Source of the DNA: Azolla caroliniana
Taxonomy: Eukaryota; Plantae; Polypodiophyta
DNA: 64,000 nt
Reading direction: 5' to 3'
Assembly: GCA_043228905.1 (NCBI GenBank)
Contig: JBHGNT010000002.1
Coordinates: 5,518,001-5,582,000, forward strand
Position numbers and translations under genes: made by a program. A model generated the notes under the pieces. That model ran no database searches, was not told the DNA's origin, and worked only from the letters and a program-made list of their open reading frames with translations. This document shows, piece after piece, positions 1 to 14,094 of the stretch (its first letter is position 1; each line of letters starts with the position of its first letter).

Positions 1-224
1 CAAATCACATCCTTGGCATGCGAATACTCCAAAACCGGTCGAAAGGGGTACTTTTTCTATCTCAGCAGGAGTATATCTCTAAGGTTTTGCAGCGTTTCAA
101 TACGGAGGGGGGAAAAACAATTGGGGTTCCATTACCTCCATATTTGAAACTCAGTGCAGAAGACAGCCCTACATCTGATGATGAGAAGGCTGAAATGGCT
201 AAGGTTCCATATGCTTCTGCCGTA
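1..224 (+). pseudogene. Ty1/copia reverse-transcriptase fragment (Tnt1/Tork-like)
   Basis: Translation ...LFLSQQEYISKVLQRF...EMAKVPYASAV is the copia RT C-terminal region. It is joined in frame to a different element's gag at ~224. Confidence 0.8.
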
Positions 225-3200
225 ACTTCATCCTCTTCAACCAAATCAGTTGCTGGCTCATCTAACACCGAGACTGAAGCTTGGCTAGATAAGGATTCTC
301 GTGCCCATGCTTTCCTCATGTTTAATATTAAACCGAGCATCGCTCATCAATTTCAAGATACAGATGAAGAGATAGCCAATGAACTATGGACATCCATCAA
401 AAAGAGGTACCATCAAGCTAAACATGCTCAAATGATAGCTATTGAGAACCAACTAGCTAATCTCAAGATTCATGACACTCCCAACATCATGGATCAAATA
501 ACACAATTTGTTACTCTCCAAAAGGAACTAGTTTCTTTGGGAAGCAAGTCAACTGAAGTTGAGTTTGTGCATCGTCTAATGATAAAGTTGCCTGAGTCAT
601 TCTCAGCATTTTGTGACACAATTTCTCTTCTTCCCAACACACCTGATATGAATACATTTCTTGGTATGCTACAAGATAGGGCAACAAGGAAGAAAAGTGC
701 TCAAACTTCCAATGAGACGCTTCTACATGCGAAAAGTAAAGGCAAGTGGAAGCAAAATGGTAACTCCTACAACAAACTCAACCCAAGACCACCAAACAAC
801 CCAGCCTACAAGGAGCTTACCTGTCATTATTGTGGCCACAAAGGTCACATTCAGCCCGACTGTCAGAAAAAGAAAAGAGACGATGCCAGGAAATCTTCTT
901 CTACTGAAAATCAACCTACACTGAAATCCAACTCAGCCCACTCAGCCCACTCAGCCAAAGAAACAATTTTCCTTGGCATTGAGGAACATACTTCACATTT
1001 GGCTGGACCAACTACCTCAACCATTGATGAGTGGCTAGTAGATAGTGGTGCCACTTCACACATGAACTATGACAAATCCATTTTGCATGATGTGAAGCCT
1101 AGCTCTTCCCAAATCTCTATAGGAGATGCCTCAAGCATTGAGGCTTCATGTGTGGGTAGTGTGTTTCTTGACAATTCTTCAAATGAAGAACCTGTCGTTC
1201 TTCAAGATGTGCTACATGTGCCTCTAATCTCTGCCAACCTACTTTCGGTCTACAAAATCGCTAAGCAAGGTTATGGAGTCTACTTTGATAGCTCAGTTTT
1301 GGAAGTGATTGACACCAACAGCCTACAAATTGTAGCTAGTGGCACATAAGAAGGGGGTTTATATCGCCTAAAAAGCTCCCATAGCCCCTTGGAAAAGTCC
1401 AAATCTCATCTTCTTCAAGGCTCTCATGCGTTGGTTGCACAAGAAGATCCCACGTTGTGGCATGCTAGGTTTGGTCATCTCAACTATGATTCTCTTCAAA
1501 AGCTCTCCTCTTCCCAACTAGTTGAGGGTCTTCCTATTTTCAAATCTCCCAATACCCCATGTGTTGCTTGTCTTCATGGCAAGCAACATCAAGAGCCTTT
1601 CCCTCATGAAGCCACTCACCGTTCAACATCTATCTTGGAGTTAGTGCACATGGATCTTTGTGGTCCCATGAAAACCACTACTCTTGGTGGTGTGCGCTAC
1701 TTCATGCTTATAATTGATGATTTCTCCCGCAAGGTTTGGGTTTATTTTCTTGTAGAAAAATCCCAAGCCTTCACAAAATTTCAAGAATGCGTATCTCTCG
1801 TGGAGAATGAGACATCAAAGAAAGTTTGAAAGATCAAGTCGGACAATGGTGGAGAGTTTATCTCCCACGCTTTCCACCATTTTTGCTCTCAACGAGGCAT
1901 TGCTCGCCAATTTTCTACACCTAGTACCCCTCAACAAAATGGAGTCGTGGAAAGGAAGAACCAGACAGTCCAAGAGATGGTTCGTACGATGCTATCTCAA
2001 TCTGATCTTACTCTCTCGTTTTGGGGTGAAGCTGTCAACACAGCAGTCTACATCATCAACTGCTGCCCAACAAAAGCAGTTGTTGGAATGACGCTTGCAG
2101 AAGCATTTACAGGTGTAAAGCCCTCAATATCTCATTTTAAAGTCTTTGGTTGTGATGCTTATGTTCACATTTCAGATCATAAAAGGAAGAAATTTGAGTC
2201 CAAAACCAAGAAATGCAAATTTCTTGGTTACAACACAATCTAAAGCGTACAGGTTATGGGATTTAGAGTCAAAGTCCCTAGTCATCTCTGGGGATGTTCA
2301 TTTTGTGGAGTCTCCACCAGATGACTCTAGGATTTCACCTGAGTTCATGGTTGAAATCCCAGCTCCTCCGGAATCTCCTATTTTAGACGAAGATGTTTCA
2401 CCTTCAAGGCCCCTATCTCCTCCTACTCAATCTCTAACTTCGCCAACAATTCAATCCTCTCCCTCAACTCCATTTGTTTCCCCTCCCTCTACAAACCAAC
2501 TTCTGCCACTTCCCAAGTGGCTTCAAGCCACCATTCGTGATTCTTAACTCTCCGATGCTAAACTTCTTGAGTATACATCTAGTTCTCGAACACGTAAGTC
2601 ACAACGGCCTCTTCACTCATGCAACTTTGCCTTATTGTGCACTGTTGTGCAATCAAAAGAACCCACAGTAGCAAAAGAGGCCCTTGTTCTTCCAAAGTGG
2701 AAGCAACAATGGAAGTTGAACTTGATTCAATTGAGCGGAATCATACATGGGAGCTCGTCCCACGGCCTCAACATCGACAAGTCATTGGACTGAAATGGAT
2801 TTTCAAGACCAAATACCATGCTGATGGTACTTTGGATAAGCACAAGGCACGTTTAGTGGCAAAAGGCTACTCACAAGTCGAAGGAGTGGATTACGAGGAA
2901 ACTTTTGCTCCAACAGCAAGGTACACCTCTATCCGATGTGCGCTTGCACTTGCTGCTCACAACAAATGGCCCATTTTTCAAATGGATGTCAAGTCAGCCT
3001 TCCTTAACGGTGACTTGAAAGAGGAGGTTTATGTTGAACAGCCTCCAGGTTTTGAGATTTTAGAGCAGAAAAACATGGTCTACAGGTTACACAAAGCCTT
3101 GAATGGCTTAAAGCAAGCTCCCAAAGCTTGGCATGACAAAATTGATAGCTTCTTTCTCTCTCTTGGGTTTCAAAACTGTAATGCTGACAACAATCTCTAT

Positions 3201-4804
3201 GTTTTTTCCCAAGATAATTTGTTATGCTTGATCATATTATATGTTGACGACCTTCTAATTACAGGGTCCCTTGCATCTAAAATCGAGGAGGTCAGCGCTG
3301 ACCTCAAAACAACCTTTGAAATGATTGATCTAGGACTTCTCCATTATTTCATAGGTATGGAGGTCTATCAATCACATGGTGGTGGTACCTTTCTCAACCA
3401 ACATAGGTATCTCAGGCAGCTCCTTGAGACCTATAGCATGTCAAATTGCAAGCCACTCTCCTGTCCAATGGATCCAAACTCAAAGCTATCTCGTGAAGAC
3501 AATTCTCCCATATTTGAGGATATCACGAAATATATAAGGTTAATTGGGTCCCTTCTTCACTTAACTTATACAAGACCTGATTTGTCCTATAGCGTGAGTA
3601 TTCTCAGCCAATTCTCAAGTGCTCCAAGACAAAGTCATTGGCAAGCAACTATTCGAGTTCTTCGGTATTTGGCCAACACACTCGACTATGGTCTGTCTTT
3701 TAGAGGCGGCATTGAGCTTGTTGGCTACTCAAATGCTGATTGGGCAGGTAATATTGATTCTAGAAGGTCCACATCTGGCTATTGTTTTATGTTAGGTTCA
3801 GGCTTGATTTCTTGGAAATCAAAGAAGCAAAACTCAGTTTCTACTTCATCGACGAAAGCTGAATACCGCGCCTACTTGGATACTTGTTGTGAGTTGCTAT
3901 GGTTAATGCAATTGTTTTCTCACATTGGTGTTTTGCAAGACTCTCCTATTGCAGTTTTCACCGACAGCCAAAGTGCCCGTGCCTTGGCACATAGCTCAAC
4001 ATTTCATAGTAGAACAAAACAAATCGAAGTGCACTACCATTTTGTTCGTGAATTAGTAAAATCACAAGTCATCAACTTGGCATATTAGAAAATGTGGCCG
4101 ATTTATTTACTAAGCCGCTTCCAAGGCAAGCCATTGATCAGCTCCTTGATCGACTCAATGTTGGACCGCCGTTTTGGAGCTGAGAGGTGTTGGAGGGTGG
4201 CAACTCCAAACCTGCACTCTCTTTCATCTTTATTATCTCTGTACTACATTCTCTCTCTTCCCAAATTTTTTTCTCTCTAGAATCTGCAATTCTTTAAATG
4301 CCTTCTCTCTCTAGAATATGCAATGCTTTAAATGCCTTTTGTCTCTTCCACTTTTTCCAAGATATTCCCTTTTTTTATTCCTAGTTTATTGTACCTGTTT
4401 GGTAGTACAAGAGTCTCTTAACTACCAAACAACCATTCCCAATTTTGTATAAATAGGCTTATACCAGCCTCTTTTGTAATGAGATTATTTTCTGCTGCTA
4501 CTTACAAACAAGCACAACACTTTGGTTGTGTCTCTACTCTTTGCAACCATTTTTCTACTGCTGTCTAACAACCTTCTCACAGCTTGGCTGTGTCTATTTT
4601 GTTCTAACTCTTCCGCTACTGCTATTAATAGCACTTCTCACATTCCTCTCTACAGGAAGCGGAAAGAACAACATCAAACAATTTACACAAAGTTTAAGAG
4701 ACATAGATTTAAAAATCACTCAGTCAATTAGTCGTATTAGAAAGCACTGTCCTCATTGGGACAACATTGCTAAATGAGAGCTTTCTCTTGAGGGAATATC
4801 AACA
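225..4804 (+). mobile_element. 5'-truncated Ty1/copia LTR retrotransposon (gag-PR-IN-RT-RH, decayed) with 3' LTR
   Basis: CCHC knuckle CHYCGHKGHIQPDC, protease WLVDSGAT, integrase HARFGH/VHMDLCGP, RT YVDD and RH WKSKKQ, with stops and frameshifts. A purine tract at ~4175-4187 is followed by the LTR. Confidence 0.92.
4188..4804 (+). repeat. 3' LTR of the copia element
   Basis: TGTTG...CAACA termini directly after RH/PPT. TATA-like tataaata at ~4448. Confidence 0.8.
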
Positions 4805-6276
4805 ATGATTTCAATGCAAGACTTCCGACAATACCTAACTGGTGAAACTTAATTACACAAAAAATGCTTTATGGGAGGACTAAATCATCGTCAATAAACT
4901 CAGGATAGAGTGCAATGAAAATGTTATAATTTTTTCTTAAACTATAACAGTATAAATCAAGTTGATTTTGTTAACCTTATTAAACATTGTATAGATTTCT
5001 CAAATATTGAATTCTGTTATGTTTCCATTCATTTTCACATCATCAATTTATGGTTGGAGAAAGAAGTGGAGAAGGATAGTCTTAGCATTAGACTCTATGA
5101 ACAAGTAATTGTGATAACACCAAAAAATATGATTATAATGCATTCACATGAAGCGTACAAGGGTTATAAAGTATTACTCGAGTATTACCCGATGGACAAT
5201 TGCACCATAAATCTTCATTTTCCAATATATAATTACGATAAAACTGGTTTATAGGATTGCTTCCCCAATCCAGAAAGGAAGAAGTGTTTATTGGATTGGG
5301 AAAATGAACAAATTATCGTATAGAAACATGACATCTTAAGTTCCAATTACTTCACCAATCTAACACTTACTTGACTCTAGAGCTAAAACTATATATACCT
5401 TCATGAAGAGACAACATGAGCAGAAACTCCTGACATAGAAGAAAGAAAATCAAACTGAATTAAAGAAACATGTTTGATGAAAAAGAGGTCAAACATGCAA
5501 ACATCCACAACAGGTACAAGCATCTTCATCTCTTGAATAACAAATCAAAAGCTGTAAAATGTAGACCTTCTGTTAATCCATCTACTACTACCCATAAAGT
5601 TGATAGATTAAAAACTCCAAAGAGTTTGCAATGTTTCCTCATAAATTTCATATACTTTCCTCAATTTACATAAATTTTGTGGTGTCATCTGGTATCTGTT
5701 GCATATTTTACTTTTCTCTCTTTCGTAGGAAGACCTACTTCTTGATGAAGGATTACTTCTTCATAGGTTTTCATTGCACATCATATCAAAGTTTCAAAAT
5801 TTTCTGAAATCAGGAATACACTAGATGGAGGCATGACCACAGATCAGGCCGAGGTTTTCGAAAGGAATCTGAATACAGATTTTTGATAGATTGAGCTAAT
5901 ATAGCAGAAAGAAGGAGATGAGGATGCAATGAGATGATTTAATAGACCTCAAAAAAAATTTGAAATCAAATCGAAGGAGGAGGAGAAATCAAAGGAAATA
6001 TTCTTCGAATTCAAAGGAACACACTTGTTATAAACCAAGAAAAGATTTTGTTAAGATTCAAAGAAGTTATTCATCGAAATCAGAAGAGAGAGAGAAAAAA
6101 CAATAGCACGTATCGTGATCAGAAGAAGAGGAAGAAAATATTTTCAGAGTAGAGGAGAATAAAAGAAAAGAAACGAAGGAGGAAATATTTTTGATTCTCG
6201 AGAACCAGAAGAAAGACAAGAACGCGAAGCAGGTGCGTCCAAGAAGACCACGAAAGGTAGAAGTTATGGCCAGAAA

Positions 6277-6278
6277 TC

Positions 6279-6312
<34 letters not shown>

Positions 6313-6468
6313 CTCGTGTACCTGCCCAGGCCGAAGAAATTCATGGCGCGAAACGGATGAGCGAAACGGAAGGGGATCACGAAACGGCCGAGCGATTCCT
6401 TCGTTTCGCAGCGCGCAGAGAGCGACTTTGCTTTCGTTGACACACAGAGACAGACAGACAGACAGAAA

Positions 6469-6503
<35 letters not shown>

Positions 6504-6578
6504 AAGTGGAGATGGAGTTTTGTCTATTTCTGTCGATGCCCCCGTTCTGTTTCTCATAATTCCCCCCATGCCCTTCCA

Positions 6579-6618
<40 letters not shown>
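6277..6618. repeat. (GA)n/(CT)n/(CA)n microsatellite cluster around the putative promoter and 5' UTR
   Basis: Runs at ~6279-6312, 6470-6503 and 6584-6616. Confidence 0.95.
6322..6344 (-). CDS. MOB1: Probable first coding micro-exon of a MOB kinase activator 1 gene (MNFFGLG-R); remaining exons not seen in the window
   Basis: Minus strand gccATG AAT TTC TTC GGC CTG GGC AG|gtacac has good start context and a GT donor, flanked by GA/CT microsatellites. The peptide resembles the plant MOB1 N-terminus MSLFGLGRNQKTF (recalled). Only 8 codons are available. Confidence 0.5.
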
Positions 6619-6779
6619 TTATCGTAATTATCTTACCTAGTGGTAAGTCGTTTACACTAGTAACAATACATCTTGGGTTCAAACACACACGATTGTATTA
6701 ATAACTGCGTGTGCAAAACACTACTCACAATGGGTTTCACAATGGACTATGGACACCCCGCTAACTAACTACATGGATA

Positions 6780-9700
6780 GGCGGAACTTGTTGCATTGCC
6801 AATAGGCAAGTCGAACACTCCAGTGAGCGAAAGAATTTCCGCTTGCTCCAATAAAGAAAATTGCCCCATTTGTACCCCCCCTCCCCCCCTTCAACTTTCG
6901 CAGATATGCTCTCACTCCATGCCTACCATCAAATGCAAAAGTGTTGCGCATATCCCAATTATGACGCAATCCCCAATACCTCGAAAATAGGAAAACGATC
7001 TCCATCTCTGATTTGGGGTCAACCTGTGTAACGTGTGCAAACGCCCACTGTGTAGGCATCAAATAACACCATGATAAAATTTGCCAAATTTGAGAAATGT
7101 GACCCCAAATTTCACAAGCAATCCGGACATTATATGAAACTATGAGTACTATCTTCCATTTGAATAGTACAAAAAAGCAATTGCCCGTTACTAGTCCACG
7201 TTTTTAGATCTACCATCATCCATGATCAGAGTTATGTATTTTCCATTATTCTTCAGCCTTAGATGATAGCAATGATACAAAAGATAAGTAGTCACTTGTA
7301 AAAACAATGTCTAACCCTGTAAACACCAATCAATCCACGGTTGCTATTTTGTTTGTAAAGATAAAGGACCTTGCATCAATGCAATATTTTTGAAGTTGTT
7401 GCCAGATAAACCCATAATTGGGTGGAATGCATAATAATTGTCATGCTTTGAGAACTCCAAAATTATTTGAGATTGAGCCTCAACTATATCTCCCACCTCT
7501 TTAACCCCCAAATGAAACAAACGATTAAACTAAGAGTGCATTCTCTCATTTCTAGGCCAACATAATAACTAAGAAGACAAAAGTAACTCTTTTTGCAAAG
7601 AATTACAATGTTCTCGACTAGATGATGGTTTCCATACACATAACAAGACCACTTCTTGCTATGAGATAACCAAGTGTTGAGCACATGAAAAGTCAAGAAT
7701 CTTAAGTTAAATATATCCGTTTAGTAATTGTCACCATGACAAGTAATATAATATCGTGGATTCCATAATAAATTGGACAACCTTCAGGCGCACATGAAAT
7801 GGCCAAGATTGTGACTTCCAATACATGAACTTATCCCTGCAAGCAAGCAAGCAACTTCTGTCATATTATCCATAGTTGTTCATCAAGAGTGCAAAGTTTT
7901 TTTCATTTCCATGTTATTCTATTCATTCAGATTCAAATGGGGCCCGTCCAATTTAGAAGGTAATGGAAAGTAATTCCATGTAGCTCAACGCACCTAATGA
8001 GTTGTATTATACGTAAACCCAAACAACATCCTCCTGCCTAGGTAGACAAAAGGGCACTTTTGGAACACCAATTGGCATGCATAAATTACATCTTATTTTC
8101 AATCCCAATTACTGAATTAGAAATGTAGAAACCAAAGTTGGCAAAAGTTTGTATCATATTATAACACACTTGATTAAGGATTTGTGGTAAGTCAAAACAA
8201 GGTTGTTATTGAGTAGTGTTCCCACTCATATGAGAAAAGGGGTCAATTGGCAAGGCCATACACTCATGGAGCTAGTAAAAAGATTGTTTCTTTAAAGTGA
8301 AAAGAAAAGTGCAAAGAATCTTCTTACCATTGATTGATCAAGATTGTCATTAAACGACTGCTTTAAAGTGATAAGAAAATTGAGCTTTGTGTTGCTGGAT
8401 TCACAGATTATGGCCAGAAGATGATATTACGCACTTCCTCACCAACAGACAACTCACCCCTAATAGTATAGTAGATGACTCTTAACCTTGCGGACCATTC
8501 TTCCCCTACAACAAATGGCTCTACCTTAGCAACTTTGGTTTTCTCTACCACACGTGAAGATGGCGTACTACCATCCGGTAGGTTTCCTTGAAAGATTGAA
8601 ATTTGTTAGTTTGCTCCACAACCAAAGGCCCAAAGTTTTGTTCGGGGTCAAAGACCCGTGCGCTCTTGGTTATTCATTTCCTGGGCGGAATAAGGTGAAG
8701 GAGCATTTGTTTTGCCCCACTTTGGAATGTCAAGGGGAATGGAATGCATTAGTGGGTACTAATGATCCTATGAGTTCCAAACAGGGATCTAGCTCATCAT
8801 TGGATCTCGCCAATACAACCTATGGTTTTGATAAATCTCTATAAATAGAAGAAAGGGGCCCTTGCACACATGCATGTAAAACAATGGAGCCTCCCATAAC
8901 AAGAAAGCAGTTGGTTGGGTAAAGGCTAACCAAGCCACATATGCTTAGCTAATATTTTCAGACAATCAACCACACTAGGATTGAGACACAACCTAAACTC
9001 CATAGGGAGGCAACAATGGGGAATAACAAACAATGGGCAAAAGCCCGCTCCAACAATATTGCGTGAGGTTACAATGCTTGTTTTATCTCGTGGACAAGTC
9101 ATTTGTGCACCCCCTCCCCTTACCCTACTTTGTGTGGTTCCACCACTCGGTTACAACTTAAGACATGAACAATCACAAATGATTAGCATTTTGATCTTCC
9201 TTCAAGATTGTGCAAATCAATTCTACACTTTGTTTATTTGGATTTGGTTGTGTTATACATACTGTTGAAAGTGCGCCCCATTCCGCATCTCTTGAACTAG
9301 ACTTAACTAGTAGTAATGATGGTAGAGAGTTGGCAAATTTTTAGTAGAACCGATGGTAGAATCGTCTTTATTGGAGGGAAGGAAGGATGTTAGTATGCTA
9401 AAGCGCTTTCACGGTGGAAGGGAGGTTTGAAAGGTCAATTCCCCTTTCCTAAAGTGCATTTTTTCAAGCTAAGAAAAGGGTAAATAGAAGTTTTGCTTCT
9501 CTTCCTTTATATCCCTTTATTGGAGTCTTTAAGTGAACAAACTTTCTCTTCCCTTCCATTTCCGCAACTATGGATAGAGTCGACATACCACCTTCACCTA
9601 ATTGGAGACTTGATTTAGCTACTCTAACTTACAAGACATCCACTAAATCAATTGAGCATTTGTAACATTCATTCCAATTGGATACCCCAAGTGTCGAAAA

Positions 9701-10300
9701 ATGGACGAATCTTTGTCATCCTAAACATTCTAAATCCCGTTCACTACATGATATGAGACTAAACTTCCTCTAATTAATATGTAATCTGGAAGCCAATGAA
9801 AATTGGTTCCATACAAGCATCCCCTTCTCAAGATTATCTCTAATTTCACCATAATCAATTCTTGATGAGTTTGTTGTACATAATCCATAACCATTTGAAC
9901 AATCAATACATTATTCAATATATTCCAACCTGCAATAAAACCATATTGGGCAGGATGTATCAACTTTGACAAATAATTTTGTAATCTATTTTCCAAGACC
10001 TTTATAAAGGTCTTATACAATCCCCCCATCAAAGAAATAGGTCTCTATCGATGAAATGACTCGGGAGATGCCACTTTCAGAACTAATTTAATGAAACTAA
10101 CCTTCAAAGCTTGAAGCATACAACCAAAATCCTAACAACGTTGAAACATCAAAGTTAGAGGCCCATTTAAAATGTTTGAATATCGCTTAAAATTTCCATT
10201 TGTGAAGCCATCCCAATTGGGGCTCTTACTACTAGGAAGATTCCTTAAAACCGTGTCCACCTCATCTCTATGAAATCTACATCCAATTCATGACTAATGA
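6780..10300 (-). mobile_element. Highly degenerate LINE (non-LTR) ORF2 remnants; boundaries approximate and possibly interrupted
   Basis: Minus-strand peptides SKSPNWDGFT (~10200-10230) and PISLMGGLYK..VLENRLQ...LIHPAQYGFIAG.NI..NVL (9850-10040) match L1-type RT. WDMRNTFAFDG (~6900-6960) resembles the LINE ORF2 C-terminus. Confidence 0.7.
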
Positions 10301-10514
10301 AATCATGTGTAACAAAATCTCACTACCAAGATTTGAACCTATAACCTTTAAACAAGAGTCATACATTAACAATCCCACCCATTTATTTCTAGTAATAAAT
10401 ATTTTTTCATATTATTATTATTTAGAGTCGTGTGACACTGGACACAATGGATGATCACCAAATGGCCTGCATGCATGTATGCCAAGTGGCGATCATGCAT
10501 GAGCATATATATGT

Positions 10515-10530
10515 TGTCGAAACTCGTGAG

Positions 10531-10580
<50 letters not shown>

Positions 10581-10933
10581 AAAGAAATGGAAATGAGATT
10601 ATATTATGAGGAAACAAGGTTACAAAGAGTAGGCTAAGGGCTAAAGACTGGTGTTGAACCGAATGAGTTGTGATGAATGAATATACACCTATTTATAGGT
10701 CCTTATGGAGTATTCTAGAATGTTCTAGAATATTTTAGATATTTATGATATTTAATATAATCATGGAATATCCTAGAATGTTCTAGAATACTCTAGAATG
10801 TTCAAGAATACTTTAAATATCTTGTAATAACTAATAATATATTTATTATAACTATACATCATATATGTAACATATAGACCAAGACGTCGTGGGCTCGAAT
10901 CCTTGTAAGGCCAAAATATATGTCTTCATGAGA
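10515..10933 (-). repeat. 3' LTR of element A
   Basis: Homologous to 20456-20843 and adjacent to the PPT. Confidence 0.85.
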
Positions 10934-13524
10934 TTATCCCCCCTTTTTGACGACGAGTTCCACGAGTCGGAAGACAAGATTTCGGACTTGGCTTATGCGG
11001 ATATTTCTTGTGAAATGCAGCAACCATTTTGGAGGCATTAGCAATATTCTCGAGAGGTTCCCATGTTTGATCATTAGGTGTATAACCTAACCAGTTAGCC
11101 AAATAATACAGTTTGTTTCGAACGATCTTGGAGACGAGAATGGCGGCAACTTCATATTTGGAGCCATTCGAAACTTCGATTAGAGGTGGGGGAGATGTAA
11201 GACGACCTGGAATAGAGTTGGTTGTGTGGGGCTCCAAAAGTGAAACATGGAAGACCGGGTGAAGATGTATATGAGGGGGAAGATCAAGGCGAAATGCCAC
11301 ATCATTGATCTTACCAGATATCACATATGGACCAAAACATTGATAATCCAATTTGCAGCAAGGTCGGGTTGTTTTAATGCGACCTTGTAAAAGCCATACT
11401 TGATCTCCCACTTGAAATGTAGTCGATGAATCACGTCGATGACGGTTGAGAACCTTCTTTTGAGTGTTTTGAGCATCACATAAATGGTGCAAAAGGATAT
11501 CTTGAACTTCGTGGAGTCGGGTGAGCCGATCTTCAACAGCCGGGTTTGTCGGGAGTTGGGGATGTTCAAGCATAGTCCAATGAGGATGGTACCCAATGTT
11601 TGCAAAAAATGGGGAATAACCAGTAGAAGAATGTTCTGAGTTGTTGTAAGCAAATTCCACCAAATGTAATAGATCAACCCAATCATCTTGTTGATAGTTG
11701 ACAAAACAACGAAGATATTGTTCTACTGTTTGGTTGGTGCGCTTACTCTGCTCGTTAGTTTCTAGATGGTAGCCGGAAGAGAGTTTGCAAGAAGTATGTA
11801 AGAGTTTGAACATGTGTCGCCAAAATTTTGAGATGAATTGGGGACCCCGATCACTGATAATATCATTGGGAAGACCATGATGCTGAAACACCTCTCGCAT
11901 GAGTAACTCGGCTGTCTCTTGGCTCGTAATGGCCTTTGTGCAGGGAAGAAAATGTGCCATCTTGGTAAAACGATCTACTACCGTGAGAATAGAATCAAAA
12001 CCCTTGGAAGGTGGTAGATCTGTAATGAAGTCCAATGAAATAGATTTCCATGGACTCTCAGGAATAGGCATTGGCTGTAATAAGCCATATGGATGATGTT
12101 GAGGTTTTTTGGATTGGCAACATGTATCACAACTACAAACATAATCCGTAACAAAATGGTGGAGTCGTGACCACCAATACCTTCCAGAAATTAACGCCAA
12201 AGTCTTGTGGATGCCGAAATGTCCAGCCATTGGTGTGTCATGACATTGTTGCAAGACTTGGAATCGAGAAGGACCATCAGGCACATATAAGAGGTTTTGT
12301 CGAAAAAGTAAACCATCATGCCAACTGAACTGGTTGTAGTCTTGACGAGGATTTTGAGATTGTGGACAAGAAACACGATTTGGGATAATATGGTTCAGAA
12401 TGTCTTGGGCGAATTCATCAGACTCAATATGCTCCTGAATGGAGTCCAGAAGACTTGAATCCCCGGGTGTGTCTATAGCATGAAATGCCATTAGCTGTAG
12501 ATGGTCAGGACCCAAGAGGATTTGCTTCTGACTTTCAAATGCGGCCTCTCCTGGTTGAAGTTCCATATACGAACACTGAGATAAAGCATTTGCTTTTCCT
12601 TGTTGCGTCCCAAGGCGATATAGACTTAGGAAATCAAAACGAGTTAAGAACTGTGCCCAACGAGCTTGTCGATGATTCAAGACTTGAGCACTTTGGAAGT
12701 ATGTTAGATTTTTGTGATCATTATAGACAATGATTTGTTGAGACGAACCCTCCAAAAAATGACGCCATTGTTGAAAAGAATTCACAATGGCAAGAACCTC
12801 TTTGTTGTGAATCTCATAGTTGATTTCTACAACTTCGAATTTCCGTGAATGAAAAGCCACAGGGTGTAGTTGACCATCATTGCTAATATGGAATAATACG
12901 CTTCCTAGTGCGAAGTCAGATGCATCAACCTCGAGTATAAAGCGCTTCAATGGATCAACATGCAATCAAAATTGGTGCGGATGTAAATGCTTGCTTTAAT
13001 CCTTTAAATGTGGAGTTTGCATTTATACTCCACACAAATGGTCGATTCTTTTGTGTCAGTTGAGTGAGGGGCAATACGATCTTTGAATAATCTTTGATGA
13101 ACTTGCGATAAAAGTTTGCGAACCCCAAAAAACATTGTACATCTCGCACAGACCATGGAAGACCAAGAACTAAGGAGTGCTCTGGACTACTAATGATGTT
13201 GAATGAGATGACACTAGCCAAATTGCCTAGGACTACATGAATTGGTTCAGACTCTTCAACTATATCACCTGATGCTATAGGGCATCCATCAATGACTCCG
13301 ACAGACACTGGGCTTGGGAGCTTATGCAACTGAATATTATGCATTACAACAAACTCACGATCCGTGAAACAAGAGTTGGTTCTAAAGTCTAAGAGGGCAG
13401 AAGTTGGGACTCGATGACACCTAGATGTGTTAAGCTCAACTTGTGCAGAGAAAACTCGACAAACTTGACCGGATGAAATGACAACACAACTAGGGACAGA
13501 CGTTATATACCTAGGGCTGTCCAA
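10926..13524 (-). pseudogene. pol of element A (protease fused to RNase H, integrase and chromodomain; RT core missing)
   Basis: ORFs 12955-13524 (LLDFRTNSCF protease, GLPW|[11 protein letters not shown] junction) and 10926-12965. Confidence 0.9.
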
Positions 13525-14094
13525 CCAAATGGCTTCGATTTTGGCCGGACTTACTCGTTTAACACATCATCTAATTGGCTCAAGACATCAAATGTATTTT
13601 TATGACAGGGACTACTTGGGTTACGAGAAGGTGGGGTAGAAATTGAGATGGGATTGTCATGAGCACTTACTTGGTTAACTTGTTGTTGTGGTTGATGTGG
13701 ACAATTCACAACAATATGCCCTGGACCACCACAATAGAGGCATAGACGATTCACTCGCCGTCGTTGCTTTTCAGCATCCGACAATGGTCCTCGACGTCAT
13801 GTTGTCTCAATTTCCATTGGAGTAGGGCCTTCCACCAAACTTGACTTTGATACTTGGGTTGGAGTTGCGACCACCGAAGCATATGTTTCTGTTGATTGGA
13901 AGTGTAACATTTGTTGGCGCTCAAAATGCAGCTCAAATAAGCGATTGTCACATTGCATAGCTCAGCTTACTACTTCAGTAAGAGATTTTGGATCATCATG
14001 GAAGGTAAGAAGTAAATCTCTCACATCATTGCGTAGACCTTGACGAAATTTGTCCATTAATGCTGCCTCGTCTCATGGAATATCACATGCTAGA

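Noticed and set aside
6191-6582. ORFs across the microsatellites
   Set aside because: ER/SL runs come from (GA)n tracts.
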